A model generated the notes under the pieces. The model searched no databases and was not told where the DNA came from. It was given only the letters and a program-made list of their open reading frames with translations. The translations under genes and the position numbers were made by a program. DNA of 64,000 bases from a virus, in IMG/VR virus record IMGVR_UViG_3300034082_004296, positions 96,001 through 160,000 of that record; one strand, given 5' to 3'. This document shows positions 10,915 to 20,142 of the stretch, one piece after another (position 1 is the stretch's first letter; each line of letters starts with the position of its first letter).

Positions 10915-11499
10915 TTAAGTTCTTTTTAATATTAAACAACCATCAGCATCAAGTTTTGGTATTTGCTTATATGTAGTAATTTTATTGCCGCTACCTTTAA
11001 CTCCTTTTATAGCACCAACTATTTTAGTTTCATCTATAACGTTTTTCATCACAACCTCAACATCCCATTCAGTTTGTTGTAGTGATTTTTTAAAAACATC
11101 AAAAGTGGGTTCATTTTGTACATGGAAAAACGCTTCTCTTAATTGTTCCTCACTAAACTTCTTATCACCCATCAACTCAAGTGCTTTTACGATTTCAGAT
11201 GCGCCTGCAATATAAGCAATATAAGCACTATTGTTTTCAGGGTGTGCATTTGAAAATTCAACTGCTTTATCTACAATGTTAAAATCGTTAATTTTCTTAG
11301 CAACCAACTCATCCAAATCGTAACCACGTTCAATTACTTGACAGTTTTTGAGTGATAGTTTATATCTAATAGGACCTTCTTCTATGTTTAAAGATTCAAT
11401 CAGTCCGTGGTTTGTTGAACCTTTTAGGAATCCTTGTGTAAATAGTTCATAACTATCAATAGTTCTAATTAGTTTTGCTTTCATATTATTCAAATTCAA
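10915..11499 (-). CDS. Hypothetical phage protein
   Basis: 194-aa ORF (the start may be the internal MKAKL); ends PKLDADGCLILKR. Confidence 0.75.
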   Translation of the reverse strand: MNLNNMKAKLIRTIDSYELFTQGFLKGSTNHGLIESLNIEEGPIRYKLSLKNCQVIERGYDLDELVAKKINDFNIVDKAVEFSNAHPENNSAYIAYIAGASEIVKALELMGDKKFSEEQLREAFFHVQNEPTFDVFKKSLQQTEWDVEVVMKNVIDETKIVGAIKGVKGSGNKITTYKQIPKLDADGCLILKRT

Positions 11500-12448
11500 A
11501 TTTTAGTGACTCAAAAACTATCCCTTCTCCTGCACGATAGCGAAGAACGGCTAGATCCTTGGCTTTAGCCTCGACTTCAACGTCAGCATCAAATCCATAG
11601 TCTGGAATGGAATCATATACATAATCCGCATGGGAACGATTAATTACTGATGAATCTTCGTATAGAGCCTTAGGACTGGAATAGTGCTGGAGGGGGGTAA
11701 TTTGGCCCCAGGTGGAAGCAGCTAGATTGGCAGCCTCGCTAGCTGAGATATCATTAGTACAAAAACGGTGATGGAAGTGATCAAAGGTAATTGGGCAACC
11801 AACCACTCGATGAATGCCATTGAATAGATCAATAACACCAAACTGACTAGGTTTATCGTCGTTTTCGACCACTAGTCTAGCTTGGGTAGAAGGAGCAAGC
11901 CTTTTGAAATTTTCACAAAAGCGCTGCATTGCAGTTAGTTTGTCACCATACGAACCACCAACATGGATATTGATTGCAGAACTATGGTCTCGAGGAAGAT
12001 CCATCATGTCCATAATGCGAGCATGTTGGTCAAGGTCATATATAGTTTTACGAACCACTTCGGGATTTGGAGAGGCAAGCACATCAAACTGGCCTGGGTG
12101 AAAGGAGAGCCGCATATTGTATAACGTAATGAATGGGCCGACTTTTGCTGCAAGCTTAGAAATCTCATCATATTGAGGAAGATCTTCAAACCTATACTCG
12201 CTCATCCAGGGAAAGAGATCACTGGACATGCGATAAATCTCTATTCCATTAGATTGGTTCCATTGGAGTATCTTGAGAAGATCAGTAAGGTTATGTATGA
12301 TGAGCTCGCTCACATAGTCTAATCCACGTTCATCAAAGGTCTTACGTATCATGCCCCGATTAGTACTTATTCCCTGATCCTTCAGGCTTAAGTTTATACA
12401 GCAATATCCTAGTCTCATGTGACTATAATACTCTTTTTTTTCTAACAT
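11486..12448 (-). CDS. uvsE: UV DNA damage repair endonuclease UvsE/UVDE
   Basis: RLGYCCIN, YRMSSDLFP, HPGQF, NIHVGG, ENDD, FDHFH, HADY and EAKAKD motifs. The true start is probably the ATG at 12418. Confidence 0.95.
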   Translation of the reverse strand: MLEKKEYYSHMRLGYCCINLSLKDQGISTNRGMIRKTFDERGLDYVSELIIHNLTDLLKILQWNQSNGIEIYRMSSDLFPWMSEYRFEDLPQYDEISKLAAKVGPFITLYNMRLSFHPGQFDVLASPNPEVVRKTIYDLDQHARIMDMMDLPRDHSSAINIHVGGSYGDKLTAMQRFCENFKRLAPSTQARLVVENDDKPSQFGVIDLFNGIHRVVGCPITFDHFHHRFCTNDISASEAANLAASTWGQITPLQHYSSPKALYEDSSVINRSHADYVYDSIPDYGFDADVEVEAKAKDLAVLRYRAGEGIVFESLKFEFE

Positions 12449-12637
12449 TAAAAAAATTTTCGTGCGCGCGAGTACTACTAAAGTATCTTTATAGTAATTA
12501 ATTAAGTAAGAATAGAAGTAATACTTACTATAATAGTACTATAGAGTACTCCCACCCGCCATCCCTATTGTACTAGCGTAAAGCTTATTGGTTTTAAAAT
12601 TAAGATAAATAAAAAAATAGGAAAATAATAAACGACT
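12449..12637. other. Divergent non-coding switch region (possible replication origin or control region)
   Basis: Transcription direction flips here. The region holds CGTGCGCGCG, three AGTACT palindromes and CCCACCCGCC in an otherwise AT-rich stretch. Confidence 0.4.
12567..12594 (-). promoter_or_regulatory. Putative bipartite promoter AAAC-N17-GTACAAT for the leftward uvsE operon
   Basis: Motif shared with three other intergenic sites. Confidence 0.55.
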
Positions 12638-12805
12638 ATGGCTAATTGGATAAATTCTTGGAAAAGTAATAATAAAAAAAGTAAATACACTTTAACATTA
12701 CGTTTAGGTAAAGTAACTCTATTTGAATTAGATATCTGTTTTTGTAATAAAAAGGAGTGTAGAAAATTTAGACTTATGCTACTTAATTTTGGTTTTGAAT
12801 TATAG
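12638..12805 (+). CDS. Small hypothetical protein (55 aa, 3 Cys)
   Basis: Not in the track. MANWINSWKSNNKKSKYTLTLRLGKVTLFELDICFCNKKECRKFRLMLLNFGFEL, preceded by GATAAATA at 12604-12611. Confidence 0.7.
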   Translation: MANWINSWKSNNKKSKYTLTLRLGKVTLFELDICFCNKKECRKFRLMLLNFGFEL

Positions 12806-12825
12806 ATAAATATTATTTAGCAGGG

Positions 12826-12852
12826 AAACTCTTAACTTATCCTAAGTACAAT
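12826..12852 (+). promoter_or_regulatory. Putative bipartite promoter AAAC-N16-GTACAAT upstream of the resolvase and late sigma genes
   Basis: Motif shared with three other intergenic sites. Confidence 0.55.
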
Positions 12853-12884
12853 ACTACTATGTTTTTAAAAATTATCAGTCATGA

Positions 12885-13544
12885 ATGACTATAGTCAGCA
12901 TCGATTTTTCAATACTCTATCCGGGTATTTGTATCTGTAAGGATTTTAAGGAGTTTAAGTGGCTCTCTGTAGTAAACACTAAAGTTAGAAAGGTAGATCA
13001 AGAAAACCTAGACTATTTAGTACAAAACTACCCTAACATAAAAATCACAAAGACTAACACAGTCAGAAAGACTCATCCAGAGTATCATATCACAGAACGT
13101 GTAAAACTGATAAACTATCAAGAATTAATCTCTAAAATTATTACTGAACTATTACTCGAAGTAGGCGACGATGAAGTTATTGTTGCAATCGAAGGAATCT
13201 CATTTGGATCTAAAGGAAACTCACTAGTCGATATTTCACAATCTACAGGAATTTTAAAACATGAACTCTTAACTCGGGTGCTAAAAAACAACGCAGACCG
13301 ACTCTTTATCTTTAGCCCTAGCGAACTTAAAAACGCGATAGGCTGTAAAGGAAACGCGAATAAAATGGATATATTTAACCAGTTTAAGAGCGAGCCTCAA
13401 ATTGAAGCAATAAAGAGCTCTGACTTGTACAAAGCAGTAAACGCCGAGAAATGGATAGTCCAGGGAGACAAGATACTTTCTCCCGTAATTGACATGGTAG
13501 ACTCAGTATTAGGAATAATCAAGGTCTACCAGCTTTCAAAATAA
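12885..13544 (+). CDS. ruvC: RuvC-like Holliday junction resolvase (RNase H fold)
   Basis: N-terminal IVSID, AIEG, ELK...G.KGNANK and D-x2-D (DMVDS) acidic motifs. Confidence 0.75.
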   Translation: MTIVSIDFSILYPGICICKDFKEFKWLSVVNTKVRKVDQENLDYLVQNYPNIKITKTNTVRKTHPEYHITERVKLINYQELISKIITELLLEVGDDEVIVAIEGISFGSKGNSLVDISQSTGILKHELLTRVLKNNADRLFIFSPSELKNAIGCKGNANKMDIFNQFKSEPQIEAIKSSDLYKAVNAEKWIVQGDKILSPVIDMVDSVLGIIKVYQLSK

Positions 13545-13554
13545 TCAAGCATAA

Positions 13555-13953
13555 ATGGCTAGAAAAAAGAAAGGGGACACCCATTATATTAACAATAGAG
13601 AATTTACAGCAGACATCATTGAGTGTAAAAAGAACGGTGAGCTTTCAAAGTTCTCAGTAGACTGTTTTATTTCGCTTGCAAATAGAGCGGCTGACCGTCT
13701 CTATTTTAGAGATTATCGTGACCGAGAAGACTGTATTCAGTCTGCAATCCTAGACTGCCTAAAATACTGGAAGAGCTTTGATGAGACCAAGATGATTTCT
13801 CCAAACGCTTTTGCATACTTTACACAAATTTGCAAAAATGGATACGCTAAAGAGTGGAAAAAGATCCACAAAAAGACGGGTCTTGATGCTGATGACACCT
13901 TAGAGTTCATCTCCATTAGTACTAGCGGAGAAAATTCAGTATACAGCATATAA
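13555..13953 (+). CDS. gp55: T4 gp55-like late-transcription sigma factor
   Basis: HYINNREF and NAFAYFTQICKN match gp55-family motifs; short sigma region-2-only protein. Confidence 0.8.
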   Translation: MARKKKGDTHYINNREFTADIIECKKNGELSKFSVDCFISLANRAADRLYFRDYRDREDCIQSAILDCLKYWKSFDETKMISPNAFAYFTQICKNGYAKEWKKIHKKTGLDADDTLEFISISTSGENSVYSI

Positions 13954-13966
13954 AGTTATCTAATCT

Positions 13967-13974
13967 AATAAATA
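13967..13974 (+). promoter_or_regulatory. Putative late promoter AATAAATA
   Basis: Lies upstream of the first structural gene; recurrent motif. Confidence 0.6.
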
Positions 13975-13995
13975 ACCTAAAGCCAGCAGACACTA

Positions 13996-16900
13996 ATGAA
14001 TGTTCAAAATTTAAACTTTTTTGATAAGTTTGGAAAGAACCTAAACTTTCTGTACGATAACATAGACTCAGTATGGAGAGGTAAGATCTTTTTTAAAAAT
14101 ATCTCGATCTATCTTTTTGATAACGAGAACCTCTTTATACTAGAGGAAGTATCAGCAAACGTCTATAAGTTTCCTACCCTTGCTCAAGGCCAATCTCTAA
14201 AGTTTGTTTGGCAAGACTCTAAGAATAGCGACGAGATGTTTCTGTATGACGTAGTTCGAGACACTACTCTACTTGAAAACTTTATTAACAAGATTGCATC
14301 ATCAACCATCTCTCACTCTGACTTTTCAAATAGTCCTGCTCCACTTGACCTTAAGATGCCATTACAGGTAAACCTTGCGTTTAGTCCAAACACTGAGATC
14401 GCATATGAGAGAAAGCTCTTAATTAATTTAATTGATGGATCTATTGAAACTACGATAGCAGAATTTGACATATATGGAGAGGGAATTGAGGAGGAGGAAA
14501 GATTTAAGACATGGGCCCAAAACTTTGGAATCCGGTTCCTAAGAGAGGATGCAAACATTCTTAAAGACTACGACATAAAGGAGGCATTTCCAGACATGGA
14601 TGCTCTAAATAAAGCAAGAAAACAGTTACTTGTTAACAAGGAGGAGATCTATCCATATATTGGTACTTATCGAGGACTAATTAACTTTATCAACATTCTA
14701 GGTTATCGCGATCTATTAAAAGTAAAGGAATACTGGCAGAATATTAACGCTAGCTCTGCATATTTTAATAAGCTAGCAATGGTTGATATCACTGACTATT
14801 TGGATGACGGTAAGATCCAGTCGCTAGATTTAGTTGACAAAAACAGCAACCTAAAATCAGGTAAGCAGTTTAAAAAGACTGAGTTTCTTGCCCTAGTCTA
14901 TGAATTTACTAGGGTCACTGGAGAATTCGATGATGATGGGATTCCACTAATTGAGGAGACCACTGATTTTACAGTGGATGAAGTTTTCTATAAATTAAAC
15001 CTTCTTCAAAAAAAGCTAAAAACCGAGATACTGCCGATTAACGTTAAAATAAAAGACGTAATTGGAGAGTTTATCTACTTTCAAAAGCTAACTATAAACT
15101 ATTGGCCTGACTCTACGATAATCCGCGACTATCAAATTAACGAATCGGTTGAGATCGGGGTCTATCCTGGAAACAGCACAAACCTTGTGCTCAGGTCACT
15201 GGATCCCCTATATCGACAAGCTGATCCCAATGGAGCTGATTTTGGAGTAGTTCGATTTAATGACACAGCCAAAAATCCATTTGAGAACTTTCAATATTAT
15301 GCAAAGTCTGAGATTCCAGCAATCGTTGAGTACATTACTGAGTTTTATGATAACATTCGAGACCAGCGACTACCTGATCTTGGAGCTAGACTTAGCTGGG
15401 AATACGGTGACGATCCTCAACGTGTGATAGGAGCACCAATAGTACTTGTTGCAGACATAGACAAACTTACATTAAATGATGTTAAAGGGGTTAAGTTAGA
15501 GGACTTGGACGAGATTGCAGTAGGGCTAAGTGCTTATTGGACCCTTGAGAATATTGACTTTCGTAACTATTATGAGATCAAGTGGAAGATAACTAAACCC
15601 GGACCAAACCCATATAATTTTGAATATCGAGGTCGAATAGCTGATCTATATCAGCTTCCTCACTTTCTTCCATTTGCTGGAAAATATCGAATAACGATCG
15701 AGCTTTACGATTTTTGCGGAAACACTAGCGTGTTTTCAAAGTTTATCGAAGTCTCAGATCAAATGAAACCAGAAATAATTGCTTTTTCAAGAATAGAGGA
15801 CAAGTTCGAATATTCTATCAAAAACTTAAGCAATGTTCAACTAAGAGATTTTGGCTCGTCTCCAATCTATTATCCAAAAATTAATGTTCTAGATAATGAA
15901 GACACTGCAGTTAAAATCGATCTTTATAAGAACTTAACTGAATGGGGATCATTTTTCATGAACCGGTATGGTATGGGTCAAAACATATACGATGTTGACA
16001 TATACGATGTCGATACTGCAGCATATGTCGCATATAATGATCCCTTACAAAACCATCCTAGAAAAAGATATTGGGGTCTTGGAGAAAACGACACACCAAT
16101 CACTCTAAAAGATTTTAGAGATATTGAGATCGGCTCACTATATTGGATGCGATTAAATAGCTTTGTTCACGTTGATGATTTTGAAGCCGGTTTCTACTTC
16201 TATACACCAACGGCTGGTGACACAATACAAATTTCATTGTTTACCCCATATGTTATCCCAGCATTTACTAGCTTAGATAATCTATGCACTATCCTGAATG
16301 CCAGCATCGATCCAGCAATAAGCCTATTTACCTATTCTGTTTTAAACGGAACTGATATTCATGCACAAGCCAAATTCCTAAGTAAAGAATTATACCACAC
16401 AATATCGTATAGCGGCGCCACGATAACCGGTGATACTTACACGTATTTTACTCCTAAAAAAGTATTTTCAACCTCTCTTGTAAATCACTTAGTCGCAAAC
16501 TATCCAGCCTTTGAGGAAGAAAATCTATTTGTTTTTGCCAAGACGAGCGACGTTCTTTCGGGTAACATGCAAAATCCATCATTTTGGGTCGATGATTACT
16601 GGTATTTTGATAACAATCAGCAATATGGGTTCATACCTACAACAATTGACCAAAACGTGTTTAACCTTGGTGATATTAAACTTTTCAAGGACACGTTTAC
16701 TATTCCTGAAAACGGAATAGTCTTTTTTGTAGTTAATAACTTAGATGGAAAAAATGATTTTATCTGGTCGCTAACTAATACTGTTACTGGAGAAGAGATG
16801 ATGAGAGTAAAATCAGTTCCTTTCTTTATCTGGAAGTTTAAAGATATTGGAAATTTCTCACTTAGCGTGCGAGTGATAGATAATCGTGAAACAAATTACG

Positions 16901-17013
16901 AAAACTCAGTACAAAACTTTATTAGAGTTCTAAATAAGACCCAATATTCCTTTGAGATTGAGGATCGACTCAACGTTAGGAAAAACTACTTAATAAAGAA
17001 CTCTGTTGCTTAA
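13996..17013 (+). CDS. Large virion structural protein, probable baseplate wedge (T4 gp7/P2 gpI-like motif, Ig/PKD-like segments)
   Basis: YIGTYRGLINFINILG and LKTEILPINVKI resemble the gpI/gp7 core; GKYRITIELYD and GNFSLSVRV are PKD-like strands; late motif upstream. Confidence 0.6.
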   Translation: MNVQNLNFFDKFGKNLNFLYDNIDSVWRGKIFFKNISIYLFDNENLFILEEVSANVYKFPTLAQGQSLKFVWQDSKNSDEMFLYDVVRDTTLLENFINKIASSTISHSDFSNSPAPLDLKMPLQVNLAFSPNTEIAYERKLLINLIDGSIETTIAEFDIYGEGIEEEERFKTWAQNFGIRFLREDANILKDYDIKEAFPDMDALNKARKQLLVNKEEIYPYIGTYRGLINFINILGYRDLLKVKEYWQNINASSAYFNKLAMVDITDYLDDGKIQSLDLVDKNSNLKSGKQFKKTEFLALVYEFTRVTGEFDDDGIPLIEETTDFTVDEVFYKLNLLQKKLKTEILPINVKIKDVIGEFIYFQKLTINYWPDSTIIRDYQINESVEIGVYPGNSTNLVLRSLDPLYRQADPNGADFGVVRFNDTAKNPFENFQYYAKSEIPAIVEYITEFYDNIRDQRLPDLGARLSWEYGDDPQRVIGAPIVLVADIDKLTLNDVKGVKLEDLDEIAVGLSAYWTLENIDFRNYYEIKWKITKPGPNPYNFEYRGRIADLYQLPHFLPFAGKYRITIELYDFCGNTSVFSKFIEVSDQMKPEIIAFSRIEDKFEYSIKNLSNVQLRDFGSSPIYYPKINVLDNEDTAVKIDLYKNLTEWGSFFMNRYGMGQNIYDVDIYDVDTAAYVAYNDPLQNHPRKRYWGLGENDTPITLKDFRDIEIGSLYWMRLNSFVHVDDFEAGFYFYTPTAGDTIQISLFTPYVIPAFTSLDNLCTILNASIDPAISLFTYSVLNGTDIHAQAKFLSKELYHTISYSGATITGDTYTYFTPKKVFSTSLVNHLVANYPAFEEENLFVFAKTSDVLSGNMQNPSFWVDDYWYFDNNQQYGFIPTTIDQNVFNLGDIKLFKDTFTIPENGIVFFVVNNLDGKNDFIWSLTNTVTGEEMMRVKSVPFFIWKFKDIGNFSLSVRVIDNRETNYENSVQNFIRVLNKTQYSFEIEDRLNVRKNYLIKNSVA

Positions 17014-17042
17014 TAATAAATAACTAAAATAATTAATTAATT

Positions 17043-17996
17043 ATGCCTTTTACGCCGATTTCGTTACCGATTCAGCAGATGCTACTAACTAATTTTGTTA
17101 CGGACATTGCGACTATAACAAATGCTAATACTCTGCTTCTTCAAGCACAGCTTGAAGACTTAATAAATGACCTTGAAATCGATATTTCGAACAAGACAAT
17201 AGGCACCGATACCCCAATCAACTATTTAAAATCAGATACTGTTATTCTACAGGATACTGGTCTAATCTATCAGACAGGCTCACCGACTCCGACTATTATT
17301 GCAACACTAGCTAAAAACATAAGTAATGAGTCAGTTCTTACTGTAGATCATCTGGTCAATAATATCACAGCTGGATTTGATGTTGTTACTCTAAACGATT
17401 TGACAGTCAATACTTCAGCTATTTTTACAGGAACAGCTGATTTTAATGCTCCACTCACAATAAATTCTAGCGTAATCGAATCAAAAGAGAGCATTCAGGA
17501 AGATCTTCTTTGGACTGGGACACCTGCAACTCCAGCGGAAGCAACGATTACATTAAGTAACACTTCTAGACAGAACATATTTCTTACATTAAAGGCAAGC
17601 ACTGCACCTGACCCAACTCCAGTATATGATGGAGTCGGAACAATCAACTCAAACATCAATGAATTTAATGTAATCATTGATTTTGATGCAGTCAACCCAC
17701 CAGCCCAAAACACAAAATTCACCATTTATCTGATTGATATTATTGATTCAGTAGCATTAAACACGATAATTAGTCCAGCGGTCCAGGCAGCTGCAATTCC
17801 AATAAAGTTTCTTGCTGGTACCAACCTAAATACTACAAATGCAATCATATTGCACGATAACACTAGCTCAGTAGGAGTTGCAGATACTACTTTTATTAAT
17901 CAGTATGGAACTAGTGTTACGTTTAACTATATAATTGATGTAAATAATGACGACCGCCTTCTTGCTACAAGCCTAGTTGGAACGTCAGTATTCTAA
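17043..17996 (+). CDS. Putative baseplate- or fibre-associated structural protein
   Basis: T/I/N-rich beta protein with an N-terminal ...ITNAN helix motif; late motif at 17015-17022. Confidence 0.6.
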   Translation: MPFTPISLPIQQMLLTNFVTDIATITNANTLLLQAQLEDLINDLEIDISNKTIGTDTPINYLKSDTVILQDTGLIYQTGSPTPTIIATLAKNISNESVLTVDHLVNNITAGFDVVTLNDLTVNTSAIFTGTADFNAPLTINSSVIESKESIQEDLLWTGTPATPAEATITLSNTSRQNIFLTLKASTAPDPTPVYDGVGTINSNINEFNVIIDFDAVNPPAQNTKFTIYLIDIIDSVALNTIISPAVQAAAIPIKFLAGTNLNTTNAIILHDNTSSVGVADTTFINQYGTSVTFNYIIDVNNDDRLLATSLVGTSVF

Positions 17997-18015
17997 TAAA
18001 AAAAGAAAAAATTAA

Positions 18016-20133
18016 ATGGCAGTAACTCCTTTAATTAAGCCAGTTCAGGACAAGAAGGGGATATTTTATAACTTTCAAAGTGCTCTTGAAGACATAAATA
18101 TCACGCTTGCAAATAGCGAAAATGCTGTTCGTTTTTCAAAGTTTGCACTACTTAGAATACCAGAGATAGGTACACCAAATACCCTAGCAACTGATAACAA
18201 AATACAGTTTGCCGCAGCTGGTGAGTCTCCGATAATTGAAGGACTTAATCCAGACAATAACGTTAATTTAGCTGAGAGCTTTCAAAACTATGCACTAAAC
18301 TTAGAATCGTTATTATTAAGTAGACCAACATATAAAAAGAATGAACGACTAACTGTATCTGAAAGAGTCTTTTGGAAGTGGTTAAAGGAACTAGGATCAA
18401 TCAGGTTTCAGGATGCAAATGCTCTTGAAAAAAACACAGCAAACCTACCAGTAGATCCAGTAGATCACACCGAATATCGATTTGTAGAAAAACCCGAAAC
18501 AAATTCTACCTATAATCGGGTAGTAAAATATATTGGTGATATCGATGTCGTAAACACTCTTTCTTCTAGCGAAAACTCATACACCGAAGTTTATATTCAC
18601 GTTCCTACCAATGTAGGAACCACTCCACATGTACTATTTAAGTCAGTAAAGGACGATAATTATAAACCTGGAATGACGATTGCAAATACTCTAGCTGCAC
18701 CGTTAGACATTGAATATCTTTCAGGTAGAAAATATAATGAGACCCATCCATTTGGACTTTCACTAAAGGCCTTTTATGACTTAGACGATGCTAGTGTAAC
18801 TGCCCAAATAAAAAACACACTGGCTGGTGCATACTCTCCAGGTAACTGGTTTACGGGAACAATAAACAATTCATACTATACTGACAATAATGGTTCTAAT
18901 CAATATTATGTTGCATCAGATCAGTTTATCAAAAAGACATTCGGTCCAACCATCGTTGAATATCAGCGATCTACCTTGGATGGAATCTCTATAGATTTTG
19001 ACTTAGCTAACTATAAACTCGCTAGCGAAAACCCGGAAATCAAAGTTTTTTCTCAATTCAATGATTACGTAGCTAATCGTGATTTTGAATTTAATGCGGT
19101 CCTAGTATATTATGATACGTATGATCCAAACAATTTAGATTCTACTGGAAATCCAATCGATTTTAGAACAAACCTATACGGTGTCCTATTTTTAGACAAA
19201 GTTCAACAAAGCGGTCTAGAATTTGCGATTCCTCCAATAAGTAAGTATAAACCAGATCCAATAAGTAAGACCAACGGTAATGCTTTTTCATTTAAGTTAA
19301 ACCTTAAGTTGGATACTTCTATCGAGGACGCAAAAGTTGAAAAATCAATAAACGATTACTCAACCTTTTCTCTAGAGCTATTTACTGATGTTTTAACCAA
19401 GTTCACCCAGCTCCAGACAAGCTTTTCGAATAAATTAATTGAACTAGAGGCTTTACAGCAACAAGTAAATTCAATTAAAGACTTATTAGTTAACTCTATT
19501 GACTCTAGCGAAATCCTAACTAGGGTTTCCAATTTAGAGACTTCTCTTATTGCAAATCAAGCGATTTTTAGCAATACTGGTGAACTTGTTGCAATGATCG
19601 ATAACACTAATTCTAAAATCAATTCAATCATTGCTGGTGATACTAACATCGTCGTATCATACGATTTAGATGGAATCCGACCAGGTGAAGGAATTGTGAT
19701 CGACCGTAGTACACCAAATAGGGTAAGGGTGGTGAACACCAACCAACAATATAACATCGCAAACGGCTCTTTAACAAATATTGTAACGGGAAATACCCTA
19801 ACCTTAGGTACCTTTACTAATTATTTTGTCCATCAAAATGCAAGTACTCCTACCATACTAACTAATGATCTTTCTCTTTACATCAATGATACAGATATCA
19901 GATGGAAAAAAGGTCAAGTTCTTAGATTAGTCATAGAGGATGAAATCATTCCAGGGACATTTGATTTTAAAATATACACAGATGCTCTAAATAGAAATAA
20001 TACTGGTGTGTATGGTGTAGTAATCGGATTATTTAATGACCTAGATTTTACTCCATCATTAAACAAACCTATTTTTGACATCATCTGTTTAGACGATGCG
20101 ACCTTTACATTTAGAGTAGACAAAATAAGATAA
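18016..20133 (+). CDS. Virion structural protein with a central coiled coil
   Basis: 705 aa in the structural operon; heptad region around residues 450-540. Confidence 0.6.
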   Translation: MAVTPLIKPVQDKKGIFYNFQSALEDINITLANSENAVRFSKFALLRIPEIGTPNTLATDNKIQFAAAGESPIIEGLNPDNNVNLAESFQNYALNLESLLLSRPTYKKNERLTVSERVFWKWLKELGSIRFQDANALEKNTANLPVDPVDHTEYRFVEKPETNSTYNRVVKYIGDIDVVNTLSSSENSYTEVYIHVPTNVGTTPHVLFKSVKDDNYKPGMTIANTLAAPLDIEYLSGRKYNETHPFGLSLKAFYDLDDASVTAQIKNTLAGAYSPGNWFTGTINNSYYTDNNGSNQYYVASDQFIKKTFGPTIVEYQRSTLDGISIDFDLANYKLASENPEIKVFSQFNDYVANRDFEFNAVLVYYDTYDPNNLDSTGNPIDFRTNLYGVLFLDKVQQSGLEFAIPPISKYKPDPISKTNGNAFSFKLNLKLDTSIEDAKVEKSINDYSTFSLELFTDVLTKFTQLQTSFSNKLIELEALQQQVNSIKDLLVNSIDSSEILTRVSNLETSLIANQAIFSNTGELVAMIDNTNSKINSIIAGDTNIVVSYDLDGIRPGEGIVIDRSTPNRVRVVNTNQQYNIANGSLTNIVTGNTLTLGTFTNYFVHQNASTPTILTNDLSLYINDTDIRWKKGQVLRLVIEDEIIPGTFDFKIYTDALNRNNTGVYGVVIGLFNDLDFTPSLNKPIFDIICLDDATFTFRVDKIR

Positions 20134-20142
20134 CCTTAATAC

